Assembly (NCBI GenBank): GCA_951406725.2
Contig: OX597815.1
Coordinates: 172,174,001 to 172,238,000, forward strand
Direction: 5' to 3'
Length of the DNA stretch: 64,000 bases
Origin: Octopus vulgaris
Taxonomy: Eukaryota
Under the pieces are notes generated by a model, which did not search any database, was not told the origin of the DNA, and saw nothing but the letters and a program-made list of their open reading frames with translations. A program made the translations under genes and the position numbers. Below, piece after piece: positions 52,464 to 64,000 of this stretch; positions within the stretch are counted from its first letter, which is position 1, and every line of letters starts with the position of its first letter.

Positions 52464-53189
52464 CGCATGCTAACGGTATAACAAGTATATTCTTGTGCAT
52501 TGTCCTGATCATAGCTGTTTATAGTATTTTTAAAAATAAGAATTTCAGCTCTAAGGTAAAGACTAAAAGTTGTATTGAACAAGTCTGCAACCATTCTTAT
52601 AAGCTAGACTTAACTTGTGGCATTATTTCCATTTTGTCTAAACTTTAATAAAAATAACTATATGATATTTTATGTACCACTTTTCTTAGCATCCACGATG
52701 CTACATTTTTGTTCCTTAAAATAAGTCTTGAAAATTTATTGTGCTTCGTATAGGAGAAAGCTTACAATTTCCATAAGCCCAGAGGTTGGTTGCCTATGGA
52801 TTCCTATACTGTAAAAGAGAAAGAAACAATGCATACCACAATCAGGCAAGAATAATATTTTTTTTTCAATAATTGGGTTGCATGGGACATGGTTCATCAT
52901 CAGGTGGGCCATACTATTAGAATATACAAGGTAATTTTTTGTTAGTTGTGTCATTCAGGATGTCCTATGGGTTGTAGTGTTCTGAAGTTGCAGGTTGCAG
53001 TTTGTCCATGACTAGTATAAGTAATCAACAAGATATATATGCCACCAAACTATTAACAAAGATATCTTGGTAAATAATGTTTATTTTCATTTCAAAATTT
53101 TCATGCTAAAATTAGGGTGCATCTTCAAGATTGAACCATCCTTAACACCAGGAAAGTAATATGTCACATTAAATTTGTCAATATAATGG

Positions 53190-53400
53190 CACAGGCATGG
53201 CTGAGCTATTGTGAAAAGTTTACTTCCCAACCACATGATTTTGGGTTTAGACTCACTACATGGCACCTTGGCTAAGTGTCTTCTACTATAGCCCTGGACT
53301 GTTTGTAACCTTGTGAGAGGATTTGGTAGACAGAATCTGAAAGAAGCTAGGTGTGTTTGTGTGTGTGTAAATATACATATATATATATACACACACACAT

Positions 53401-53460
<60 letters not shown>
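53190..53460 (+). mobile_element. SINE family A, 5' half
   Basis: Head and CORE-like segment ending in a microsatellite. Confidence 0.75.
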
Positions 53461-53462
<2 letters not shown>

Positions 53463-54539
53463 CATAATGGGCGCGGCCAGTTTATGGGGCTACCCTGGGT
53501 TTCTTGTCCATAAGGGGTTTGGCCTTATGGCGTACCATCAGACTCCAAACCTGTTGACCTAAGACCTCATCAAAATAACCAGCCTCCCCATTATAATATA
53601 AACTGTCTACATCTTAGAGTGTGCTTCTATTCTGGATATATGCTTTTCTATACATGATTAGTTTATATATATATATATATATCATCATCATCATCATCAT
53701 CGTCGCCATTTAACGTCCGCTTTCCATACTAGCATGGGCTGGGCAGTTCGACCTGGGTCTGGGAAACCAGGAGGCTGCACCAGGCTCCAGTTTGATCCGG
53801 CAGTGTTTCTACAGCTGGATGTCCTTCCTAATGCCAACCACTCCGTGAGTGTTGTGGGTGCTTTTTACGTGCCACCGGGTCAGGTGCCAGGGGAGGCTGG
53901 CAACGGACAAAATTGGTTGGTGCTTTTTTTATATGGTTGTATATATGTATGTATAACGGTATGCATGTACACATGTGTATGTGTATACATGAATATATAT
54001 TTATGTGTGTGTGTATATATATATATATATATGTTTGTGCCTGTTTATGTATATGTATGTATGTATATATATATATATGCATGTGTATGCAAATGTGTGT
54101 ATGTGAGTGTATGCATGTGTGTATGTGTGTTATCTCCTTGCCCTGACAACACATTGATTGTAAGCAAGCATCACAATCATGCACTCATGGAAAAGTGGAC
54201 ATTAAAACAATGATGATGATGATGATTATGAATGCTATCATAAACATTTATTTATGCTTGACGTTTTAAAAAGCAAATATAATTTATTCATTATGTTTAA
54301 GTTTTCAGCACTAAACTTGGTGGGATATGCTTGTCTCCTTACTGCACTTTATGTAAACAATTAAAATCAATATCATTTTGTATATAAGTAGTGAGATTGA
54401 TCAATAAATACATATGATTTTAACTATGAAGGCAGAAATATTTCTCAACATATATCTATTTTTAAAAAAATAGATTTTTCTGATATTTTCTCTAAAAAGT
54501 ATAGAGAATTTGTCATTTATAAAAAATATCAAGGCATAG

Positions 54540-54870
54540 ATATGCATGTACACACATGCATGCACACACACACACACACACACACATGCATCAATATACA
54601 CATGCACATATGCATGTGTTTCTGCATATGTCTGTTATGCATGTATCTATCTATATTTGTTAGTATATTTGAGTTTGTATGTATATATGTATTTATGTAC
54701 ATAAGTATGTATGTATGTATGTATGTATGTGTGTTTACATGTATGTATGTATGTCTATATGTGTGTGTGTATATGTTTCTATGTATTTCTGTATGTATGT
54801 ATGCATGTATGTATGTATGTACTTATGTATGTATGTATGTTTGTATATATATGTATGTATGGGTATGTAG
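54540..54870. repeat. Compound (CA)n/(TATG)n microsatellite
   Basis: Direct inspection. Confidence 0.85.
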
Positions 54871-57357
54871 TTGTATTTGATAGATTTTCATTTAAATCAG
54901 TAACATGTGAACAGTAGTACACCCACTCTCTCTCTCTCTCTCTCTCTCTTCTAAGTAAGAAGACATGTTGTTGGAAGAAAAGGTTACTTCAGCCTTAATT
55001 TCTCACATTGATTCATAGTTGGATCTGAGACAGCTGGCTATCTCTGTATTTTTATAAACGTTCTAGTTTAGCCTCAATACAATTATGACATTTCGTAGGT
55101 TTTGTATGTTACAGCTTTATTTTATGGATGTTAATGAAGAAAGTTTTAAAAGCATTCTCCCCATTTAAAACTTTTTAGAAACAATGTAAGTGAAACAATT
55201 TTTTTCATCTCTATTGTTATATTATAATTACTATATATTGTATCATTTATATGACTGGAACTGTCTAAAACATTGTAACTCTGTTATTTTGTTTATATCT
55301 ATATTTTATACAGAAGGGAAAAGATTGACAAATAATCTTCAATAAAAAAATAGACTATTCATAACTTTTTCAAATTTTAGCTATCTTTGATTACTTTCCT
55401 AATTTTTTTCTATCATAAATCTGTGAACATGTATGGGTATGTGTGTGTGTGTTTGATTGTTTATATTTACATATTGCACTTGTAGAATTTAGGATTAACT
55501 AATTTTAGCTTTGACAGTATCTTATTGTAATTATGACTGATTAGCTTTATAAAATCCATTTTAGTAAATACTTTTACTTAAGTCCTTCCCTCCCTACAGA
55601 GCATTGACCATCGAGGACTTTAATATTCTCAACTCTGGGCTGACTTTCCTTTCCCAGATCCTGTTCGTTTTGAATTGTTATTGATGATTTTGTAACATTG
55701 CTTTTTTTCTAGGTAGGGATACTGACCCTATGCAGTCACCTTTTTTTTTTACCTCTGGGATGAGGTGGATCACATTAGTCTGGCCTCTATTTTGTGGCCT
55801 GTCTAGCATGAGAGCCCTACCAAGAGCTTGCACTTTGCTGGCATAGTTCTTGGGGTCAGTGAGGTACACAAGCCATCACATTGCAACAAGGACTGGATTT
55901 TGTGGTCACTTACAGTATATAGGTTTAAAAATAAGATCCAGAAACTTTAGGATCAGGAAAGTTAATGCTTAGCTCTGAGATTTGTTCAATTAAGCAAATC
56001 CAAAATAAGTTTTCCTTCGGATAGGACACCAGTTCAGCATTAGCAACATTTACAGTAATCATCATCATCATCATTTAAGGTCTGTTGTCCATGCTGGCAT
56101 GGGTTGGATGGTTTGACTTGGGTTGGTAAACTGAGGGGTTGCACCAGACTCGTCTGATTTGGTATGATTTCTATGGATGGATACCCTTCCTAACACCAAC
56201 CATTCTGAGAGTGTAATGGGTGCTTTTACATGCCCCTGGCATGGGTGCCTGATGCTTGACACCAGTATCTGCCACAACTATGATTTCACTTGGCTTGATG
56301 GGTCTTCTTCTGAAGTACAGCATATTGCCAAAAGTTTCGATCATCTCTCATTGCCTCCATGAGGCTCAATACTCGAAAAATGCTTTTTACATGCCACTGG
56401 CATCGGTTCCAGTTACATGACACTAACAACTGCCACAACTAATTTCACTTGGCTTGACAAGTCTTCTCAAGCATTGCATATCACCAAAAGGTCTTGGTCA
56501 CTAGTCATTGCCTCCATGAGACCTAATGTTCAAAGATCATAGCAATAAGTTACACTGAGTTAAACTGAGTTGAATACATGATAACATAGGATACATGCAT
56601 TGCAGTTGTATTGATGCAGAGTTAAGGGTGCTAGAATGAATGCACTTTAGCGACAAGCCTTGAATAAACTGATCTGAGTTGAAGACAACAGTGAAGTTAA
56701 CATAAATTTTCATCTCTCCTAGTTTCATTAAACTATGTATCAAAGCAATAAAGCTCTAGATGTAGCAAAACAATGCATAAATGAACCAAGAGTACTAACA
56801 CACACCACACTCGACTAACATAAACAAAAAAATATAGCATACAAATGATATATTTGATCCATTGTAGATTATGTCAGTCCTGCCTAACCCCTAATCTCTT
56901 TGCTATGAATCACAACAAATAAATTAACAAAGAAGTCTCTATACAGTTGCTTGATGTGGTAGCAATAGCAGCTAAATATACATTGCAGTCAAATTTGCTT
57001 GAACAAAACAAAACTTTTTAGTAGTAACTTGATTCCACAAAATGGTTATGTTCCTGCTTTAGAATTATATCCTGTGTTCAACATTTTATTCTCCAGTGTA
57101 TTCAGTTACTCCTTCACTAGTTTAATTCTCATTTGATTGTCACTAAGCTGGGGTAACACATTTTAATGATTTTGTTAATGTCATTGACCTGAGTATTTTT
57201 GCATGGTACCTGTTTTATCAAGTTTGGATTATGGAAAAGCATAGTTGATTTAGATGGGATTCAGGCTGTAAAGATACACAACTTACAATTCCACAAGGTA
57301 TTTTTACCATTCTCTAAATCCACTACACAGAAACAATTATATGTATGTGTGTATGAA

Positions 57358-57401
<44 letters not shown>

Positions 57402-57405
<4 letters not shown>

Positions 57406-57581
57406 ACATTTGACGGATATTTGTCCTCATCTTCTTTGTTGTTAACACGTTTCAGCTGATATACCCTCCAGCCTTCATCAAGTGCCTTGGGGAAATTTCG
57501 AACTTGGGTTCTCATTCCTAAGGTATTTTTCAATGTTGTTGTTGTTGTTGTTGTTGTTATTATTATTATTATTATTGTTTT

Positions 57582-57636
<55 letters not shown>

Positions 57637-57738
57637 ATTCAGGTCATATGCCATATGCCCATGGGCATATGGTGTAGTGGTTAAGAGCGCGGGCTACTAA
57701 CCCCAAGATTCTGAGTTCGATTCCAGGCAGTGACCTGA

Positions 57739-57773
<35 letters not shown>

Positions 57774-57804
57774 CATCAAAAAATACCTTAGGAATGAGAA
57801 CCCA
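57402..57804. mobile_element. Head-to-head inverted dimer of a tRNA-headed, hammerhead-tailed short retroelement
   Basis: tRNA-like head at 57663-57729 (+). The shared body TGACCTGAA-(AAT/AAC)n-AAAAATACCTTAGGAATGAGAACCCA occurs on both strands. HHR motif at 57445-57484 (-), central palindrome at 57651-57672, (TA)n at 57363-57401. Confidence 0.8.
57445..57484 (-). ncRNA. Degenerate minimal hammerhead ribozyme
   Basis: CAC-TTGATGA-A-GGCTG-GAGGGTATAT-CAGCT-GAAA-CGT-GT; C3 is replaced by U and the cleavage triplet region is shortened, so this copy is probably inactive. Confidence 0.55.
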
Positions 57805-58575
57805 TCACATTTCCACCATCGCATTCTTGTTTCTCTCTCACATTTGTCCTGGTTTTCCTTGTCATTACCATCTCCTCTATTCACCTCTTCAGCATCACAG
57901 CCCTGATTAAATGAATATTTTATACAGTGGATAAGACTCTTTAATCTTTGGTCACCCCACTTATATCAATGGTGCCACTATATACTCTTTGATAGCAGGA
58001 CATTCTGCTAATTAGTTGGAAAACAAGCAGACAAGTGAGGACAAGAGGACCTATTCATCTTGCCAAAAGCACAACTTCTCTAGTGCTGGTGTCATGATAA
58101 AATGCACCCAGTACACTCTGTAGAGCAGTCAGTGTTAAGAAGAACATATAATAGCAGAAACCAAGCAAAATGAGGAATGTTGAATGAAATTTGGTCCTCT
58201 GACCCACCTATGTGAGCAGTGAGCAGTATTTCTAAATATGGACTGACTACCTGAACAGTGACTACCTGTCCAGCAAGGAAAGTAGATATTGTAACACAAT
58301 CATGATGATGATGAGGAGGAGGAGGAGGAGGAAGAGGAAGATGATAATGACAATGATGATGATAACATATATATATGTATGGACCCCCCCCCCCCGGCAC
58401 CTGTGCAGGTGGCACGTAAAAAGCACCCACTACACTCGCGGAGTGGTTGGCATTAGGAAGGGCATCCAGCCGTACAAACTCTGCCAGATCAGACTGGAGC
58501 CTGGAGCAGCCCCTGGCTTCCCAGACCCCGGTCGAACCGTCCAACCCGTGCTAGCGCGGAAAACGGACGTTAAAC

Positions 58576-58606
<31 letters not shown>

Positions 58607-58619
58607 TATGTATGTATAC

Positions 58620-58830
58620 ATGTTCAAATTTACAGAAAACAAAAGACAAAGATTGGTGTAGAAACAACAAGCTGATGTATTAGTTTGATGCTCAGGAAAA
58701 ATGGAAAAGTCTTTTATGTTTTGAGCCTATGCTCATCAACAAAAAGGATTAAAGGGTAAAAAATAGAGAGAGAATGAAAAAATGGAGGGAGAAGAAGTTC
58801 AGAGTTTAATGGTCCAACATGGCAAAATGA
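58620..58830 (-). mobile_element. Second copy of the variant-hammerhead repeat
   Basis: Homologous to 31557-31760, with CpG decay. Confidence 0.6.
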
Positions 58831-58859
58831 CTGGTAAAAAGAGGTTGAATGAAAAGGAG

Positions 58860-58894
<35 letters not shown>

Positions 58895-59188
58895 TATTAT
58901 TATTATTATTATTATTATTTTTACCCTTTACTTAGAAATAAAGAAGGCATAGTGCTAGATATTAAAAAGAAGCCATTTGGGGCTAGAAATAAAGTGGAAA
59001 AACTTGAAATTCTTCGAGCTGGCATGTGTCTTATGCAAAATCTGTGATGAGCCTGAGTGAGGATGATGATCTGAAGTCGCCTTTGATATATATGTACATG
59101 TATATACATATATATATATATGTGTGAATGTGTGTGTGCATGTGCGTGTGTGTGTGTTTGCATGTATATATATATATATATATATGCA

Positions 59189-59339
59189 TGTGTGGTAAGT
59201 AGCTTGCTTACCAACCACATGGTTCCAGGTTCATTCCCACTGTGTGGCACCTTGGGTAAGTGTCTTCTACTATAGCCTCGGGCAGACCAAAGCCTTGTGA
59301 GTAGATTTGGTAGACGAAAACTGAAAGAAGCCCGTCATA

Positions 59340-59402
<63 letters not shown>

Positions 59403-59625
59403 CGAGCTGGCAGAAACGTTAGTGCACCGGGTGAAATACTTAGCGGTATTTCGTCTGTCGATACGTTCTGAGTTCAAATTCCACCGAGGTCGACTTTGCC
59501 TTTCATCCTTTCGGGGTCGATATATAAAGTACCAGTTTCGCACTGGGGTCGATGTAATCGACTTAATCCGTTTGTCTGTCCTTGTTTGTCCCCTCTATGT
59601 TTAGACCCTTGTGGGTAGTAAAGAA

Positions 59626-59669
<44 letters not shown>

Positions 59670-59810
59670 TCATGTGTTTGTGTTTGTCCCCTCAACATCG
59701 CTTGACAACCAATGGTGGTGTGTTTACGTCTCCATAACTTAGCGGTTTGGCAAAAGAGACTGATAGAATAAGTACTAGGCTTATAAAGAATAAGTTTTGG
59801 GATCGATTTG
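59189..59810 (+). mobile_element. SINE family A with a family B SINE (59400-59628) nested in its internal (TA)n
   Basis: Family A head at 59189-59340, (TA)n, a complete family B copy, (TA)n, then the family A 3' part. Confidence 0.9.
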
Positions 59811-60365
59811 GATCTGTAGTCTTTGAATTAGCTTCCTTTTTTCTGGTTCTGAGAAGCCTAATTTCTCAAGATTAGTATTGAAGCAGAGTGTTACATATCC
59901 CAGGTTTCCAGTAAATACAGGTATAAACCTGAACTTGTAATCTGGATAGAGTAACTGCAGATTTCTCAATAGTTCAGCATAGGTGTTCTCTTTTTCACTG
60001 ATCTTCAGTTTTATGTTAACATCTACTGGGCAGCTAATTTCCACAACTGAGCACAATTTCTCTTCTCTATCCCAAATCATTTATCAGGTCCATTGTGTTT
60101 ACATTTTTTTGTGGTCTTCACTGGGACATGCCACCAGTATTCCTTTTTATTATGAGTGGTTATGGCTTCTACCATATTGTAGGTTCCTTTTTCGTAGTCC
60201 TTGGGATTATCCTTCTGACAGATTTCATTGTAGAGTGTCCTAGCTACAATATCGTGTCTCATTGGTAGATAATACTGTGATGACATTTTCAGACAACTAC
60301 TTATGATGTGGGGGATATCTTCAGTGTGAACTCCACAAAGTCTGCATCAGTTGTTACATTTTATC
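59811..60365 (-). mobile_element. Degraded R4/Dong-like RLE retrotransposon fragment (second subfamily)
   Basis: CRLCGVHTEDIPHIISSC (CCHC), RHDIVA, YWW..P, GPD..IWD..VVEISCP..EKENTY; frameshifts. Confidence 0.8.
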
Positions 60366-60841
60366 TTTAATCAACAGGATATGCAGCTGAGAGACCAGAG
60401 AGTCTCTTCACGTCAAGCCACTATTTCTCAGCACCGAGAAGTCACAAATCTAGTATTATATACATATGATTTCAATGTCACAGGAAAGAATCACAAGACA
60501 AATTCTTCAAACCAAGCAGTAGGTGGCATAAGAGTAGACTAAGATTGAAATGGTTGGATAATATCCATAGTCTCAATTAGTCATATTTGGAAAGTCTAAT
60601 GACTGTTACTTTTGATAGAACCCTATGGAGGTGCCTGAAGACTCTAACCCTATGACCTTCCCAAAGATTGTGGGCAAAGATGAATGGATGGATGGATGGA
60701 TGGAATGGGTTAGACAAACTTACTGAGGCAGTTTTCTGTGGTTAGATACTCTTCCTGATGCCAGTCCCTACATGGTTTTTATTATTATTATCATTATTAT
60801 TATTATTATTCTATTGGTTTTCATATAAAACCAACAATACC

Positions 60842-61072
60842 TATTTCTTTATTACCCACAAGGGGCTAAACACAGAGGGGACAAACAAGGACAGACATAG
60901 GTATTAAGTCGATTACATCGACCCCAGTGCATAACTGGTACTTAATTTATCGACCCCAAAAGGATGAAAGGCAAAGTCGACCTCGGCGGAATTTGAACTC
61001 ACAACGTAACGCAGACGAAATACCGCTAAGCATTTCGCCTGGCGTGCTAACGTTTCTGCCAGCTCGCCGCCT
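60842..61072 (-). mobile_element. SINE family B, young full-length copy
   Basis: 16-bp TSD TAAAACCAACAATACC at 60826-60841 and 61073-61088. Confidence 0.92.
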
Positions 61073-64000
61073 TAAAACCAACAATACCACTGAGTTATAT
61101 ATGCTTATGGGAGACACAAACAAATGCAATATTACTCAAAAGGTGTTGATGTGAAGCCACATGGAAATAAAATCTTTCTCGCTCTCTGACTCTTTCTCTC
61201 ACACACATACACACATACGCACACACACACATGCGCACATACATGATGGCTATCAATTCATAAACAAGCATGGCCATCACTAATAAATTATCTTATCCCA
61301 GATATTAAAGACAATGGTTGTCAGTAATGTTCATGCTGAAGATCTCCAGCTTCACAATGCTAGAAGTATTATTTCAGAATATCCTTCTCATAGGGAGATG
61401 TCTAATCAAAGAATAGGGGTATTTCACTACCAACAGAGGTTTTGTTTTTCATTTTGCAGGGTGTCCAATAAAAGCTACCCTCCTTAGGCTTGGTAGGATT
61501 ACTGGGTCAGTTGCTGACAGCCAAACCATGCAACAGGTTGTACTGGATGACATGTTACCAGTAGCACTAACAGTGACCTGATTCATGCAAACACGCCCCC
61601 CCCCCACACACACACACAAATAAAAAGAAAGAAAAGCATTGGATTCTGTATATTTTCTGTTGACCAGCATTTCATTCATAAAACCTTATTCATAAGTCAT
61701 CCTGAGGTTATGGTAGAGATACTAAGGTGCCATGCAGTGGAAGGGAACCCAAAACCATGTGACAATGAAGTGGTCTTCATCACCATACGGCCAAATGTGT
61801 TTAAATGATATGAATGCAGATATAAAACAAGTAAAAGAGTATAGCCAGATGCCCTTCTTGTTACTAACATTTCTTTACTTCTTTTTCAAGCAAGTGATCT
61901 CTTATTCCACACTGTGTTTGTCCCCTTAGCATTGCTTGACAACCGATGCTTGACAACCGGGGTCGATTTGCTCGACTAAAGGCGGTGCTCCAGCATGGCT
62001 GCAGTCAAATGACTGAAACAAGTAAAAGAGTATAGCAGATGCCCTTCTTGTTACTAACTTCAACACAACACAGCAGAACCACCAGATGATTTGTTGATTG
62101 AGAAATGACAGCAAACTTCATTGCTTGCAGTCAGTAGATTTGCATATGAAGCTTGTATAATGTAAGCACTCACTCTCACAATTATATACACATGTATATG
62201 TGTGTGTATAATAGGCCAAAAGATAATGTGCAGCACTATCATTGTAGGCTACATACCTTAGAGTATAGTTAGAGCAGTAAATAATCCTGGTCATCTCATT
62301 GCATCCCTGATATACCTCAAGTGAACCTGGTCTGCCCTGCTGCAGGTGTAGAAAGTCAGGGATGAGATAAGTGCAGTTGATTGTTTGGCACATCTCTCCC
62401 TCACTATAATTCAATGTTAGCACAAGTCAGGATTCAAACTTCTTCAAACCATCTTCAGTACATCATCATCATCATTGTTTAATGTCCGCTTTCCATGCTA
62501 GCATGTGTTGGACGATTTGACTGAGGACTGGTGAACCAGATGGCTGTGTCAGGCTCCAATCTGATCTGGCAGAGTTTCTACAGCTGGATGCCCTTCCTAA
62601 TGCCAACCACTCCGAGAGTGTAGTGGGTGCTTTTAAAGTGCCACCAGCATGAGGGCCAGTCAGGCAGTACTGGCAACAGCCACACTCAAAAGTGGTGTTT
62701 TTTATGTGCCACCTGCACAGGAGTCAGTCCAGCAGCACTGGCAACGACCTCGCTCAAATGTTTTGTTCACGTGCCACCGGCACAAGTGCCAGTGGGGCGA
62801 CGCTGACAACGATCACACTCAAATGGTGCTCCTTACATGCCAAACAGCTGTTCTGGCAGTGATCCTGCTTGGATAGAGCTGTTAGTGCTCCACTGGCATG
62901 GGTGTCAGTCATCGATTTTGGTTCAATTTGGTTCACATGTTTGCAACAATGAAATATCAGCAGTTCCATAGATTCATCACACAGTAGCATATGCGCCAGC
63001 AGTCACAAATTTTTGCCTGCATGTATAGTTTAGGTCTGTCATTAATCCTAAACCTCATAAGGCTGAAGCAGACCAAGCTGACTTGCGTATACCAGGGATG
63101 CAATGCGACAACTGGGATGATTTACTGCTCTGAGGGTTGTAGCCCTCAGTGACATTGATGCACATTATGTTTCTGCCTATTGTACACATACACATAAACA
63201 TGCATGTATAGGTGTCTCAGTGCATGTACATGTGTGTGTGCATATATGTCTGGGTGTGTGTGTGAGTACTTATGTTCTGCAAGCTTCATATACAAAACCA
63301 CTGAATTACAAGCAGTGAAGTTTGCTGTCATTTCTCAGTCAACAAATCATCTGGTCGCTCTGCTGTCTTGGCATAAAAGTGACTGAGATTAAATTACTTT
63401 CTTGCACCTGAATAGGACACTACTCCATTGCAGGTTTTAACTACCCAGCTTTTGCTGGAACTCATTTACAGCAGAGTGGGCTGGAGACATGTGAAACAGT
63501 GCACAGCCTGGTCTGAAAATCAAAACCACTATCATTAGTGCAATGTCTTAACCACTAGGTTGCATGCTTTTATGCATGTGTAACTGCATACTGCCGTATT
63601 GATACATTTTAAGAGATGCTGTTGATGTGAGAGAGATGGAGCCTTGATCATTCTTTGTATGTGAAGGAGAAACAAGTTCAAAAGGATTGAGATCTGATGA
63701 AATCATTCTAATATACAAGAACTTATGAAAATAAAATGAGATTTGTTTGCTGAACAGCATTAGAGAAACAAAAACAAAAAACAAGGAAATGACTGAGCAA
63801 TGAAGGTATCAACCAGTGTATGTAGAGGAAGCAACTATACTGACATGGACATGTGAAACAAATAGACAGCTGCAATGTTAATGAGTATCAAGATCTCATG
63901 ATAAAGAAAAACCAAAAGGCAAGATATTAAATGATCCAGTCAAATCTTAAAGATTTTTGGGTTTCTCTGATAAGCTATCATAGGATTGAAAGAATGGTGA

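Noticed and set aside
57663-57729. Functional tRNA gene
   Set aside because: Has A/B boxes but poor acceptor and anticodon stem pairing, no oligo-T terminator, and continues into repeat body; treated as a SINE head. The same applies to 4798 and 48704.
58861-58921. (AAT)n followed by (ATT)n palindrome
   Set aside because: Simple microsatellite inversion with no associated element structure.

Overview
AT-rich, repeat-dense eukaryotic DNA; the SINE families and very long di/trinucleotide microsatellites suggest an octopus/coleoid cephalopod genome (inference). Only one host protein-coding gene is well supported: a 145-aa CD225/dispanin-family membrane protein at 9171-9608 (+). Almost all other listed ORFs are microsatellite or transposon artefacts. 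The rest is mobile DNA: at least four tRNA-derived SINE families; RLE-type LINE fragments (Dong/R4-like in a (TAA)n array, HERO-like); CR1/L2-group, L1/Tx1 and RTE-like 3' ends; a Tigger/pogo deletion derivative; hAT and Helitron remnants; and a solo-LTR-like block. The most notable theme is Penelope-like elements (PLEs) and their derivatives carrying minimal hammerhead ribozymes (HHRs) in inverted, fold-back arrangements next to (TA)n tracts. These include a Neptune-type RT+GIY-YIG element with ~420-bp inverted pLTRs (19.8-22.3 kb) and, as the best novelty candidate, a short element that joins a tRNA-like Pol III head to an HHR-bearing pLTR-type tail (57.4-57.8 kb; relative at 42.5 kb). CpG appears depleted from ~40 kb onward, suggesting a methylated gene body, with a candidate 9-nt microexon at 43694-43702. 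All alignments were done by eye, and boundaries of degraded elements are approximate.
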